Assembly: GCA_963836075.1 (NCBI GenBank)
Contig: CAWIIB010000001.1
Span: 928,001-992,000 of the forward strand
Direction: 5' to 3'
DNA from: an uncultured Acidobacteriota bacterium
GTDB taxonomy: Bacteria > Acidobacteriota > JAQAZP01
Length of the DNA: 64,000 nucleotides
Below, piece by piece: positions 51,396-61,816 of the stretch; the first letter of the stretch is position 1; the number at the start of each line of letters is the position of its first letter. Position numbers and translations under genes: made by a program. The notes beneath the pieces are model-generated. The model worked only from the letters and a program-made list of their open reading frames with translations. It made no database searches and was not told the origin of the DNA.

Positions 51396-53329
51396 TCATC
51401 CGCGGCTGGTCCATCGACGGCTTCGGTCTCTTCCACCAGGAGGAGTGCCGCGACCTGGGTGACGGCCTCACCGTGGTCCTCGGACCCAACGAGTCGGGGA
51501 AGAGCACGATGATCGCCTTTGTCCGCGGGGTGCTCTTCGGGTTTCCGGACCGCCGGAGCCGTGACCCGCAATATCCGCCGCTGCATGGTGGACGACACGG
51601 CGGCCGCCTGTTCCTCGACACCGCAGCCGGACCGCTGATCGTCCAGCGGGAGGCCGGTCGGTTGAGGCCGCCGCTGGTCACGCTGCCCGGGGGCCGGCTG
51701 GGCACCGGCGAGGACCTGGAGAAAATACTCGGCGGACTGGACCAGGCCGTCTTTCGCAGCATCTTCGCCTTCGGTCTCTCCGAGCTCAACGACTTTGCGG
51801 CCCTCGACACGGGCGGCATCGGTCGGCGACTGTTCGCCGCCGGCATCACCGGGGCGGGGCGGAGTGCCCGGGAGGCGCTGGACACGCTGGGCCACCAGGC
51901 CGGCCAGCTGCTCCGGCCGCGGGGCCGCTCGGCCATCGGCAGCACCCTGGGGCAGCTCACCCGACTGGAGGAACGGATCACCACGGCCAGAAACGAGCTG
52001 GACCGGCACCCCCACCTGGTGCGCGAGGAGGAGGAGCAGTGTCTGGAGCTTGAGCAGCAGTCCCGTGAGGCGGACCGTCTCCGCTCGGAGGAAAAACGGC
52101 TGGAGCGGCTGCTGGAGCTCTGGCCCTCCTGGAACCAGCGGCGGCAGGCCGCTGAGCTTTTGGCCCTGCTGCCGGCCGGGGCGGAGTTCGAAGACCCCGG
52201 TGACCGGCTGAGCCGTCTGGTGGACCGGTTGGAGGATGAAGCGGACCAGGACCGGGAAAGCGGAGGACAGCCGACCCGGAAGTGGGCGGTGCCGGTCTTC
52301 CTCGCCGTGGCGTCGGCGGCCGGTCTGTTCTGGTGCCTGCGGACTGAAAACTGGCTGTCAGTGGCTCTCTATGCCGTCGGGGCAAGTGCCTCCGTCCTGG
52401 CGCTGACGGTCAGCGTGATGCGGCATCTCCGGGCTCGCCGGCTGGAATCCGTGGAGCGCGAACGCCGGGCCGCCGATTCGGCGGCGAACCTGGCCGCCGC
52501 CGCCAGCGACCTGGCCGGCTTGCGCCGAACGCTCTCCGCAACGGCCCGGCGGCAGTCACTGGAGCAGACCATACGACAGGTGGACGCACTGGTGGCCGCG
52601 CGCACCGGTGTGGACCGGCAGGCGGCAACTTTTGTCGAAGAGCTGGACAGCGGCTCGGTGAGCTCCTGGGAACGAGCGCTGGCCCGGGTCAGGCAGCAAC
52701 TGGCCGGGACGGTGGAACGGCGTGACCAGGCGATCAGAAGAACCGAAGCGCTGCGCCGGCAGCGGGAAGCACTGGAGCAGTCGGCGGACCTCCCCGCCCT
52801 GGAGACCGAAGCCCAGACGCTGCGCTCCCGTCTGGACGAAGAGGCCGGTCAGTGGCGCCTGCTGGTCACCGCCCGCGGGCTGGTGGAGCAAGCGCTGCGG
52901 GAATACATCGCCGGCCGTCAGCCGGCGGTCCTGAATCGGGCATCGGGTCTGATCAGCACGGTCACCGGCGGGAGATACATCCAGGTGGTCCACGAAGCGG
53001 AGGGCAACAGTCTGACCCTGCTTGGCGGTGACGGGAGCCGGGTGGGGACCGCTGACCTGAGCAGGGGAACGGCAGAGCAACTCTACCTCTGCCTGCGTCT
53101 GGCCCTGGCCGGAGACCATGCGGACCGGGGCAGTCCGCTGCCGCTGCTGATGGATGACGTCCTGGTCAATGCCGACCCGGACCGGGTCGCCGGATTGGCC
53201 GCCGCCATCAGGGAGTTTGCCTCGGGGGGGCAGGTTCTGCTCTTCACCTGCCATCCCCACACGGCCGAACTGCTGCAGGATTGCGGAGGAGGGGTTGAGA
53301 CCCGTCGGCTGGCCAGCCGGCAGGACTAA
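51392..53329 (+). CDS. YhaN-like SMC/Rad50-type ATPase with an internal TM pair
   Basis: IDGFG, GPNESGKST (Walker A), LSRGTAEQLYL.LRLA, LMDDVLVN.D and FTCH motifs; two hydrophobic helices mid-protein; ATGA overlap with the nuclease. Confidence 0.88.
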   Translation: MIIRGWSIDGFGLFHQEECRDLGDGLTVVLGPNESGKSTMIAFVRGVLFGFPDRRSRDPQYPPLHGGRHGGRLFLDTAAGPLIVQREAGRLRPPLVTLPGGRLGTGEDLEKILGGLDQAVFRSIFAFGLSELNDFAALDTGGIGRRLFAAGITGAGRSAREALDTLGHQAGQLLRPRGRSAIGSTLGQLTRLEERITTARNELDRHPHLVREEEEQCLELEQQSREADRLRSEEKRLERLLELWPSWNQRRQAAELLALLPAGAEFEDPGDRLSRLVDRLEDEADQDRESGGQPTRKWAVPVFLAVASAAGLFWCLRTENWLSVALYAVGASASVLALTVSVMRHLRARRLESVERERRAADSAANLAAAASDLAGLRRTLSATARRQSLEQTIRQVDALVAARTGVDRQAATFVEELDSGSVSSWERALARVRQQLAGTVERRDQAIRRTEALRRQREALEQSADLPALETEAQTLRSRLDEEAGQWRLLVTARGLVEQALREYIAGRQPAVLNRASGLISTVTGGRYIQVVHEAEGNSLTLLGGDGSRVGTADLSRGTAEQLYLCLRLALAGDHADRGSPLPLLMDDVLVNADPDRVAGLAAAIREFASGGQVLLFTCHPHTAELLQDCGGGVETRRLASRQD

Positions 53330-53943
53330 TCGCTATACAGCCAGGCGTCCTCGCCGCTCTGTTCCTTCTGCTTCTTTCGCCCTTTCGACTCGGCAAAACC
53401 CTTGATCCGCACGCTCATTATCGATTCCAGTAAGACCGGCTGGTATTCCTCGAAATCGGCGGCGAGACAGGTGGCGGTCACCGTCAGCACGGCATCACCC
53501 CAGGGGTGGAAGGCCTTGATCGACCGGATTTCGCCGAAAACCGAGGACCAGGAGAATTCGGCCAACAGATACTGATCGTCCTCCTCACCCAGCCAGCGGC
53601 TGGACAGCAGGCGGGCTCCCGGCCTCGCGTAGAGATTGGCCTCCTGCAGAGCTTCCGGGGTCACCTCCTGTTGGAGCGGTCCACCCGTATGATTCATATT
53701 GTTCGATCCGCCCGCCATGGTCAGGCTGATGAAGGGGTAGGGGTCGTCACCCTCGGGCCTGAAAACACCGAGCACAAACTGGTGCGGCTCCGCCTGGTAG
53801 GACCAGCCCTCAGGCCCTCTGATTTCATAGGGAATCAGCACACCCTGGCGGATGATCCCGTCACCGGCAGCGACATTCCAGCCCCAGGGACCGGCCAGTT
53901 GGACCAGCACGAACAAAAGTAACAACGCAGGAACCCGCTTCAT
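53326..53943 (-). CDS. Hypothetical secreted protein
   Basis: GGAGG RBS; signal peptide MKRVPALLLL; 205 aa. Confidence 0.65.
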   Translation of the reverse strand: MKRVPALLLLFVLVQLAGPWGWNVAAGDGIIRQGVLIPYEIRGPEGWSYQAEPHQFVLGVFRPEGDDPYPFISLTMAGGSNNMNHTGGPLQQEVTPEALQEANLYARPGARLLSSRWLGEEDDQYLLAEFSWSSVFGEIRSIKAFHPWGDAVLTVTATCLAADFEEYQPVLLESIMSVRIKGFAESKGRKKQKEQSGEDAWLYSD

Positions 53944-54213
53944 CGCAATATCCTCCCGGACAGGGCCTGGCCCATATTCTTTCCTGAAACCGATTGTATC
54001 CCCAACGCCCGGCAATGTCCACGCAGTGAATCATTGCCAGGAGCCGTACCTTTCCCATATAATCTGTTTGGTTTACCGGCTGGCCGCCCCGCGGCCCGCC
54101 GGCCTCCCTCGGAAACCGCTATCGGCCCCATGGCCTTTAATACGAACTCCCGTGCGCGGGAATCTAGTGCTGGATTGAAACACCCCTTTTACCCCAGCTG
54201 TTGAGGAGGAATC

Positions 54214-55551
54214 ATGGATCTGGACAGGAGGCTAGAAAACGTCACCGTTATCGGGGCAGCCGGAAAGATGGGCAGCGGCATCGCCCTCTTGCTGGCCAAC
54301 GAAATGGCTGCCACCAGACTGAAACCTGAAAACAAGGATCGCCAGTACAAGCTGAACCTGATCGACGTCAGTGACGAAGCTCTGGCCGGCCTGATGGGCT
54401 ACCTCAGAACCCAGCTCTGCAAGCTGGCCGAGAAATCCACCGTGACCCTGCGCCAGCTGTACCAGGATCGCGAGGACCTGGTGGAGAACGGCGAGATCAT
54501 CGACGAGTTCATCTCGGATGCGCTGCTGCTCTGTCGCTGCAGCACTGACGTGGGGATGGCCGCCGGCTCGCGGATGGTCTTCGAGGCCATCGTGGAGAAG
54601 GTGGACGTCAAAGTGCAGATTTTCAGCCGGCTGAAGGACATCTGTGATGACAACGCCTTCTTCTTCACCAACACCTCATCGATCCCGATCAAGCAGGTGG
54701 ACGAACAGGCCGGCCTGGGCGGCCGGATCATCGGCTTCCACTTCTACAACCCCCCCGCGGTGCAGAAGCTGGCCGAACTGATCTCCTCGGACAACACCCT
54801 GCCCGAGGTAAAAGAGATCTCGGCGGAGATCGCCAGGCGGCTGCGTAAAAAAATCATCCCGGCCAACGATATCGCCGGGTTCATCGGCAACGGCCACTTC
54901 ATGCGTGACGGCATCCATGCCATGGACGAGGTGCGGCGGCTGCAGGGCGAGATGACCATGCCCGGCGCCATCTACGCGATGAACAGGGTGAGCCAGGACT
55001 TCATGGTCCGTCCGATGGGTATTTTCCAGCTGATCGACTATGTGGGTATCGACGTCTTCCAGTGCATTCTCCGGGTGATGAACGAGCACCTGGAGGAAGA
55101 GCTGCAGGACGAGTTGATCGATGCCATGGTGGAACGGAAGGTTCTCGGCGGTCAGAACTCCGACGGCAGCCAGAAGGACGGCTTCATCAAGTATGAGCGG
55201 GGCCGCCCGGCAGGGGTCTACGACCTGGAAACCGGGGAATACAGGATGTTCGATGCCGACGGGTGGTCGGGCAAGATCGATGCCGAACTGGGGCAGTTAC
55301 CCGCGGAGCACGCTCCATGGAAAGCGTTGCTGATGGATCCGGGCAAGCAGGACAAGCTGAAGACCTACTTTGCGGCACTGGACGAAGTCGACTCCCTGGG
55401 CGCCAAGCTGACCCGGCGCTATCACAAACGCTCATACGAGATCGGCAAGGAACTGGTGGCTGACGGCGTGGCGGCCAACGACGACGACGTCAACGGTGTG
55501 CTGACCACCGGGTTCTTCCACCTCTACGGCCCGATCAACGACTACCTGTAA
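54214..55551 (+). CDS. 3-hydroxyacyl-CoA dehydrogenase family protein
   Basis: VIGAAGKMGSGIA, EAIVE...K, TNTSS, GFHFYNP, GFIGN and PMGIFQLIDYVGID motifs. Confidence 0.88.
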   Translation: MDLDRRLENVTVIGAAGKMGSGIALLLANEMAATRLKPENKDRQYKLNLIDVSDEALAGLMGYLRTQLCKLAEKSTVTLRQLYQDREDLVENGEIIDEFISDALLLCRCSTDVGMAAGSRMVFEAIVEKVDVKVQIFSRLKDICDDNAFFFTNTSSIPIKQVDEQAGLGGRIIGFHFYNPPAVQKLAELISSDNTLPEVKEISAEIARRLRKKIIPANDIAGFIGNGHFMRDGIHAMDEVRRLQGEMTMPGAIYAMNRVSQDFMVRPMGIFQLIDYVGIDVFQCILRVMNEHLEEELQDELIDAMVERKVLGGQNSDGSQKDGFIKYERGRPAGVYDLETGEYRMFDADGWSGKIDAELGQLPAEHAPWKALLMDPGKQDKLKTYFAALDEVDSLGAKLTRRYHKRSYEIGKELVADGVAANDDDVNGVLTTGFFHLYGPINDYL

Positions 55552-55627
55552 GCAACAGCCGCTCCACCGGCGGAAACCCCGGGCCCCGAGGCTCCGGCAC
55601 GCCGCCGATGCTGGGAGGGAGACGAGA

Positions 55628-56869
55628 ATGAAGCTGAGAAAAAACGTTTACATCGCTGCCGGATTCAACACGGTGTCCTTCGGCTCCGGAAGAAAGGAGT
55701 TCCACCCGAAGAAAGCCCGGCCCGGCCTGGAACATTACATCAAGGAAGCCGGCGAGGGCGTGCTGGCCCAGATCAACGACCCGGAAGTGATCGACGAAGG
55801 GATCATCTCCAACTTCATGGCCGCCCGCTTCAACCGCCAGGGCAACCTGGCCGGCATGATCCCCACCATCCACCCGTCGCTGGAATACAAGCCGTGCACC
55901 AGGGTGGAAGGCGCCTGCGGTTCGGGTGGCCTCGGCCTCTACACGGGGATGAAGAGCGTCCTCGCCGAAACCGCCGATGTGGCGCTGGTGGTGGGCGTCG
56001 AAGTTCAGAACACGGTCAAGGCGATTTACGGCGCCGACATCCTCGCCGGTGCCGGGCACTACGCCTCGGAGCGCAAGAACGGCCACGCCTATTTCTTCCC
56101 CGGCCGCTTTTCCGAGCGCGCCGCCGCCTACCAGGAGAAGTTCGGCACGGACGAGGTTCGCGAGGCCATGGCGCTCTGGTATGCCCAGGCCGTGGAGAAC
56201 GCCCGCAACAACCCCAAGGCCCAGGAACACCACAACAGTTTCTCCGATCCGTTTGCCACCGGGATGACCCCGCCGAACCCCAAGGCGTTTCTCTCGCACC
56301 TCAACGTGTTCGACTGCTCCAAAGTGTCCGACGGCGCCTCGGCCTGCATCATCGCCTCGGAAGAGGGGCTGCAGAAACTCGGCATCGACAAGAGCAACGC
56401 GGTGCTGATCAAGGGTTTTGGCCAGTGCGAGGCCGACCTGACCCGGCACGATGACGACCCCACCAGGCTAAAGACTTCGGCCACGGCTGCCGGAATGGCT
56501 TACGCCATGGCCGGTCTGAAACCCGATGACATCGGCGTGCTGGAAGTCCACGACTGCTTCACCATCACCGGCCTGCTGATGCTGGAAGCCACCGGTTTCG
56601 CCGACTACGGCAAGGGCGGCGACCTGGTGAAGGCGAAAGAGACGAAGGTCGGCGGCGCCATTCCCACCAACGCCACCGGCGGACTGGTGGGCTTCGGTCA
56701 CTACACCGGAGGCACCGGGGTCCGGCAGGCGGTGGACATTCTGCACCAGCTCACCGGCGCGGCTCCGGAGGGATGTCAGATCGACGTGCCCAGTGGCAAG
56801 CAGAACGGCCTGATGGTCTCCATGGGCGGCAACGACAAGACCGTCACTTCGATGATCCTCGGCAACTGA
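55628..56869 (+). CDS. Thiolase (SCP2-type acetyl-CoA acyltransferase)
   Basis: EGACGSG (Cys), CS.VSDGA, EVHDCF and GH..GGTG motifs. Confidence 0.88.
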   Translation: MKLRKNVYIAAGFNTVSFGSGRKEFHPKKARPGLEHYIKEAGEGVLAQINDPEVIDEGIISNFMAARFNRQGNLAGMIPTIHPSLEYKPCTRVEGACGSGGLGLYTGMKSVLAETADVALVVGVEVQNTVKAIYGADILAGAGHYASERKNGHAYFFPGRFSERAAAYQEKFGTDEVREAMALWYAQAVENARNNPKAQEHHNSFSDPFATGMTPPNPKAFLSHLNVFDCSKVSDGASACIIASEEGLQKLGIDKSNAVLIKGFGQCEADLTRHDDDPTRLKTSATAAGMAYAMAGLKPDDIGVLEVHDCFTITGLLMLEATGFADYGKGGDLVKAKETKVGGAIPTNATGGLVGFGHYTGGTGVRQAVDILHQLTGAAPEGCQIDVPSGKQNGLMVSMGGNDKTVTSMILGN

Positions 56870-56884
56870 CGTCGTTTACAGAAC

Positions 56885-56914
56885 GGGGCAGGCGAACGCC
56901 TGCCCCATTTTTTT
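56885..56914 (+). terminator. Rho-independent terminator after the thiolase
   Basis: GGGGCAGGCG-AA-CGCCTGCCCC followed by a T tract. Confidence 0.85.
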
Positions 56915-56924
56915 GCATCGTCGA

Positions 56925-57881
56925 TTAGAAGAGGAAGAACCAGGCCGCTGCAGCCAGAATTAGAATGAAAAAGAAAATGACGGCAAGGCGGGTGCCTTTA
57001 CCTTTCTTCTTCGGTGGGGCGGCCTTCAGTGCGGTATCAGCCAGATTCCCGGAGATGACCGTTTTCGCCGCTTCATCCGCGACACCCCCGGAGGCCGATT
57101 CCCCGGCGTCCGCCGGATCCTGGTCAGCGGTATCACGGCCGGCGCTCACCAGCACCACGGTGATGTTGTCGGTGCCGTCTTTCTCGTTGGCCAGGTCGAT
57201 ACAGCGGTCGGCCTTCTGCTCCAGGCTCCCCGGGCCGGAGAGAATCGCGGCCATCTCTTCGGGGGTCACTTCGTTGGAGAACCCGTCGGAGCAGAGAAGA
57301 AAAATATCCCCCTCTCCGCAGCGCCCGCGAGCGGTGTCCACTTCCACCTCTTCCCGGCCGCCGATGGAGCGGGTGATCACGTTCTTCAACCGGTGGGTGG
57401 CCGCATCCTCTTCCTTGAGCAGGCCGAGGTCCTGCTGTTCCTGGACCAGGGAGTGGTCGGTGGTCAGCTGGGTGATCTCCCCGTCGTAGAAACGGTAAAT
57501 CCGGCTGTCGCCAACGTGGCCCAGCGTGTAGCAGTCATCGCCACCGATGAGCAGCACGCTGGCCGTGGACCCCATGCCCCGCTGTGCCGGGTTTTCCATG
57601 CCCTGCCCGAACACCTTGCGGTTGGCCGTGGTCAGGGCGGTATTCAGCACCTGGTCCGGTTCGGGTGGAGGGTCTGACTCCCCGGCGGAGCCAAAAGCGC
57701 CACGGCAGACCTCTTCGAGAACCGAGACCACCATACCGCTGGCCACTTCCCCCGCCGCGTGGCCACCCATACCGTCGGCCACCACGAAGAGACGGCACTC
57801 CGGAAGCACCAGCAGGCGGTCCTCGTTGTTTTCCCTGCGTTTGCCGGGGTGACTCTTGCCGGCAGCGGTAAATTTCAACAT
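56925..57881 (-). CDS. PP2C-family Ser/Thr phosphatase with C-terminal TM helix
   Basis: R.NNED, VADGMGGHAAGEVAS, MGST, HVGDSR, LLCSDG and DNIT motifs. Confidence 0.93.
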   Translation of the reverse strand: MLKFTAAGKSHPGKRRENNEDRLLVLPECRLFVVADGMGGHAAGEVASGMVVSVLEEVCRGAFGSAGESDPPPEPDQVLNTALTTANRKVFGQGMENPAQRGMGSTASVLLIGGDDCYTLGHVGDSRIYRFYDGEITQLTTDHSLVQEQQDLGLLKEEDAATHRLKNVITRSIGGREEVEVDTARGRCGEGDIFLLCSDGFSNEVTPEEMAAILSGPGSLEQKADRCIDLANEKDGTDNITVVLVSAGRDTADQDPADAGESASGGVADEAAKTVISGNLADTALKAAPPKKKGKGTRLAVIFFFILILAAAAWFFLF

Positions 57882-57902
57882 GCGTGTTTCCTTTTGCCCG
57901 CG

Positions 57903-57931
57903 ATTCTATTCAAGGGCTCCGGGGCTGTCAA
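57903..57931 (-). promoter_or_regulatory. Putative sigma70 promoter of the PP2C gene
   Basis: TTGACA-17 bp-TAGAAT on the minus strand. Confidence 0.65.
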
Positions 57932-57990
57932 TCAGCAGGCCGGTGGTTCGGCACCGAGCCGCCGGGACCCGCGGCCGGCGGCGGCCCTGT

Positions 57991-58019
57991 TTGACAACGG
58001 TTCGGCCGCTTCTTAACAT
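57991..58019 (+). promoter_or_regulatory. Putative sigma70 promoter of waaA-lpxK
   Basis: TTGACA-17 bp-TAACAT. Confidence 0.55.
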
Positions 58020-58070
58020 GACCGTCGAGCGGCCTTCCCGGTCACATCGGCCCATCGAGGAGTAAGCAGC

Positions 58071-59420
58071 TTGCCCGGTTTCCGTCTATTGTGGTGGTCC
58101 TATCGGCTGGCCGGCCCCCTGGCCCTGGGCCTGGCGGTGCCCTGGCTGGCGGTCAAGGGCCTCACCAACCCTCGCTGGCGGGGCGTGCTCTCCGCCCGGC
58201 TGGCCCTGGGACATCCGCGTAAGCACGGGGACCTGGGGAAGCAGGGACCGTTCTGGCTGCACGCCGTATCGGTGGGCGAAGTCCTGGCCCTGCGCGCGGT
58301 GGTGGACCGGATGCTGGCCGCTGATCCGAAGCTGCCGCTGGTCGTCTCCACCTCCACCCCCACCGGCAACCGGGTGGCCCGGGAGTCGATGCCCCGCGGT
58401 GTCCGGGTGCGCTATTTTCCGCTGGACACCGCGGGCTGCGTGCGCCGGGCGCTGGACCAGGAACGCCCCTGTGCCGCCGCGATCATGGAGACGGAAATCT
58501 GGCCGGCCTTTTTTCTCGCCTGCCGCCGGCGGGGCATACCGCTGGCGATCATCAATGGCCGCATGTCCCCCACCTCTTTCCGCCGTTACCAGCTGGTGCG
58601 GCCGCTGATCGAAGAACTGCTCGCCGGTGTGGGCTGCGGTTGCTTTCAGACCGCAGCGGACCTCCAGCGGTTCACCGGCCTCGGGCTGCCCGCCGGCCGC
58701 GGTTCGGTCCCGGGCAACCTCAAGTATGACCTGGAGAACCTCGAGGCCCTGGCCCGCGGCAGCCGTGCCGGGGCCGCCGTGGCCGCCGCCTGGCGCGAAG
58801 AGGGGGACGGGCGGGGGGCACGGCCGCTGGTGGTGGCGGGCAGCACCAAGGGGGAGGAGGAGAAAATGATCCTCCAGGGGCTGGCGCCGCTGATGCGGGA
58901 ACGTCCCGGCCTGCTGCTCCTGCTGGCGCCGCGCCACCCCGAGCGGTTTGACGAGGCGGCAAAGCTGGTGGAGGCCTGCGGGTTCCCCTGGTGCCGGCGC
59001 TCGGCCCTCAACCACGGCGCAGCACCGCCCCCCGGATGCCGGGTGCTGCTGCTGGACAGCCTTGGTGAGCTGGCCGGGGTTTACGGGGAGTGCACCGCGG
59101 CGTTCGTGGGCGGCAGCCTGGTGCCGGAAGGCGGGCACAACATCCTCGAACCGGCCTTCTTCGGCCGCCCGGTCATTTTCGGCCCGCACATGGACAACTT
59201 TGCGGAGATGGCGGACCTGTTCATCCGGCGGGAGGCTGCGATCCAGCTCGATTCGGCTGACCAGCTTGAACCGACGGTGCGCCGCCTGCTGGACGCCCCG
59301 TCAGCGGCACGTGAGCGGGGACGGAAAGCACGACGGATTCTGGAGGAAAACCAGGGGGCCGCCTCCGCCATCGCCGGCGCCCTGGTCCAGCTGGCCGACA
59401 CAACCGGACGAGGCACCTGA
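58071..59420 (+). CDS. waaA: Kdo transferase
   Basis: WLHAVSVGE, ETEIWP, NGRMS, GNLKYD, APRHPER and GGHNILEPA motifs. Confidence 0.95.
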   Translation: MPGFRLLWWSYRLAGPLALGLAVPWLAVKGLTNPRWRGVLSARLALGHPRKHGDLGKQGPFWLHAVSVGEVLALRAVVDRMLAADPKLPLVVSTSTPTGNRVARESMPRGVRVRYFPLDTAGCVRRALDQERPCAAAIMETEIWPAFFLACRRRGIPLAIINGRMSPTSFRRYQLVRPLIEELLAGVGCGCFQTAADLQRFTGLGLPAGRGSVPGNLKYDLENLEALARGSRAGAAVAAAWREEGDGRGARPLVVAGSTKGEEEKMILQGLAPLMRERPGLLLLLAPRHPERFDEAAKLVEACGFPWCRRSALNHGAAPPPGCRVLLLDSLGELAGVYGECTAAFVGGSLVPEGGHNILEPAFFGRPVIFGPHMDNFAEMADLFIRREAAIQLDSADQLEPTVRRLLDAPSAARERGRKARRILEENQGAASAIAGALVQLADTTGRGT

Positions 59421-60496
59421 TGGCCCTCAACCGTATCGATCCGCACAACGGTCTCTGGCGGGCAGCGGGCACACTGCTCATGCCCCTGGGGGCCCTCTAT
59501 GCCGCTGGGACCAGGCTGCGCAGCCTGGCCTACCGTCGCGGATGGCTGACCTCCTTCCCCGCCGGCGTCCCGGTGGTCAGCGTGGGCAATATCACCGCCG
59601 GCGGCACCGGCAAGACACCGATGGTCCAGCTGCTGGCCGGCTGGCTGCTGGAAGAGGGTCTGCGGCCCGCGGTGTTGAGCCGCGGGTACGGCGGCACCGC
59701 CCAGGGTGATATCCAGGTTCTGGAGGCCGGCAGCGACCTCGACCCCCGCCTGGCCGGTGATGAACCCTGCCTGCTCTCCCGAAACCTCCCCGGTGTGCCG
59801 GTCCTGGTCAGCCCCCACCGGGTCGCGGCGGCTCGCCTGGCGGTGGGCCAGCTGAACGCCGGCCTGCTCCTTCTGGATGACGGGTTCCAGCACCTGCGCC
59901 TGCGCCGGGACCTCGACCTGCTGCTGGTGGATGCTTCAGATCCGCTGTGGACCAACCGGGTCATCCCTGCGGGCACGCTGCGCGAGCCGCTGTCCGCCAT
60001 GAGCCGGGCCGATGCGGTGATCTGCACCAGGACCCCGGACAGCGGCATCCCCCGGGACCTCGCCCGGCTGATCAGCCACCATTGCCCGGGCCGCCCGGTA
60101 TACTCGGCCCGGCACGCCCCCGCCGGAATCACCCCCCTGGGCAGCAGTCCCCTGCCCCCCGCCGGGAAGAACTCCACCGGGGGGTACCTGCTGGTCTCCG
60201 GGATCGGCAATCCCCGCTCGTTCCGCCGTTCCGCCGAAGAGTTCGGGCTGCATGTGGCGGGCGAGAAACGCTTTGCCGACCACCATCGCTACCGGGAGTC
60301 GGACCTGGCCGAGGTGGGCCGCCTTCTGGCCCGCCTGGGAGGTGACGCCGTGCTGTTCACGGAAAAGGATGCCGTAAGGCTCGGACCGCTGGCCAGACAG
60401 CTGCAATGGCCGGCCGGGTTCCTGGGCGTGCGGATGGCGGTGGAAAACGCGGATCAGCTGAGACAGCTGGTTCTGGACCGGGTGCGGGGGGCGTGA
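59420..60496 (+). CDS. lpxK: Tetraacyldisaccharide 4'-kinase
   Basis: SVGNITAGGTGKTP, SRGYG, GDEP, LDDGFQH, PAG.LREP, DHH and TEKD motifs. Confidence 0.95.
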   Translation: MALNRIDPHNGLWRAAGTLLMPLGALYAAGTRLRSLAYRRGWLTSFPAGVPVVSVGNITAGGTGKTPMVQLLAGWLLEEGLRPAVLSRGYGGTAQGDIQVLEAGSDLDPRLAGDEPCLLSRNLPGVPVLVSPHRVAAARLAVGQLNAGLLLLDDGFQHLRLRRDLDLLLVDASDPLWTNRVIPAGTLREPLSAMSRADAVICTRTPDSGIPRDLARLISHHCPGRPVYSARHAPAGITPLGSSPLPPAGKNSTGGYLLVSGIGNPRSFRRSAEEFGLHVAGEKRFADHHRYRESDLAEVGRLLARLGGDAVLFTEKDAVRLGPLARQLQWPAGFLGVRMAVENADQLRQLVLDRVRGA

Positions 60497-60559
60497 TGAG
60501 CGGTACAAAGCAACGCCCGCCCTCGTCGGAGAGCGGGCGCTGATATTCGTTTCACGTCT

Positions 60560-61777
60560 CTATTTCACATCGACGATGTCGCCGACATAAATTGCACGGA
60601 CACTGCTGATGATCTTCACCGTGGCAAAATTCCGCTCGGTCAGCAGCACCAGTGCTTCTCCCAGCATCAGGCGGAAACCATTCTCGTAGCGGTAGACGGC
60701 AAAGAAATCACCGGGGGCCACCCCGTCGTCGCTGCCCTTGTCGATCACCATCAGGCTGCCCGCGGCCATGGCCACCTGATCGTCGGGAGAGAAGACCAGC
60801 AGCCCTTCGTTCCCCCCGGTCGGCTCATCACAGCGGCCCAGCGGCCTGGTGGGATCCACCACCGGAATGGGCAGATCTTCATAGGGGCTGATCAGATCGC
60901 CGATTTCCACTTCGACACAGTTTCTGGTGATCAGTGCGGTGCAGTTATCCTTGTTGGCGCAGAGGACTTCCAACTGTCCGATCTGCTGCATCGCTATGCC
61001 GATATGCTTGCGGCTGCCGGGGCGCAGGACCTTGCCGGAATTGTGGTGAATGAAAAACCGGTCACCGGCCGAGACGCCGTCGTCCTCTCCACAATCGAGG
61101 TAGATGACGTCCCCGACGGCCTGACTGACCTTGTCCGCCTCTTCGGTACCGATGACACTGTACTGATACCGATCGAGATCGGGCACGACCATCGGTGCAC
61201 AGTAGATATCGACCTCGTTGACCACCGCACCGGGGGTCTCCGCGGGCAACATCAGACCATCCAGATTCATACGATCGGGGTCGACGATCTCTTCGGGCGG
61301 GACGGGTTCATCGCCCAGCTGGTCAACCGCGTCATCACTCATCGGGTCTTCGCCATACTCATCTTCACCGTCCACCATCCGCTCGGCCCCCACCTGCGGG
61401 GCTTCCGGAATCACCAGCGGGTCACCGGGGTAAATCCAGTGCGCATCCTCGATATACCGGTTGGCGTCCCAGATCTGGGGCCACAACAACGGATCACTGT
61501 AAAACCTGGCGGCCAGGTTCCAGAGACAGTCTCCGCGAACGATGATGTAGACATTCGCGTCGGGATCGGTACCGGAAGGTGCCGTGTAGGGTGAGTAGTG
61601 CTCGGACACCGCCACCGGTTCATCACCGGCCATGTCCTGGGCCGCTGCAGGGAATACCAGCACCAGGGAGATGGCGACAGCAATCAGCCCGGCATTGAGA
61701 CAGGTGGAACAAATACCGTGTACACGGATACACATGCCCATGAGATCCGCCTCCATTCTGGTTGTCACAGGAAACAT
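60560..61777 (-). CDS. Secreted LysM-domain protein
   Basis: Signal-like segment; YIIVRGDCLWNLA..FY..PLLWPQIW..N...HWIYPGD; exact start uncertain. Confidence 0.85.
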   Translation of the reverse strand: MFPVTTRMEADLMGMCIRVHGICSTCLNAGLIAVAISLVLVFPAAAQDMAGDEPVAVSEHYSPYTAPSGTDPDANVYIIVRGDCLWNLAARFYSDPLLWPQIWDANRYIEDAHWIYPGDPLVIPEAPQVGAERMVDGEDEYGEDPMSDDAVDQLGDEPVPPEEIVDPDRMNLDGLMLPAETPGAVVNEVDIYCAPMVVPDLDRYQYSVIGTEEADKVSQAVGDVIYLDCGEDDGVSAGDRFFIHHNSGKVLRPGSRKHIGIAMQQIGQLEVLCANKDNCTALITRNCVEVEIGDLISPYEDLPIPVVDPTRPLGRCDEPTGGNEGLLVFSPDDQVAMAAGSLMVIDKGSDDGVAPGDFFAVYRYENGFRLMLGEALVLLTERNFATVKIISSVRAIYVGDIVDVK

Positions 61778-61816
61778 TAGTTATGTTAACAAATTAGCAA
61801 ATTCGCCGGTGCAGTG

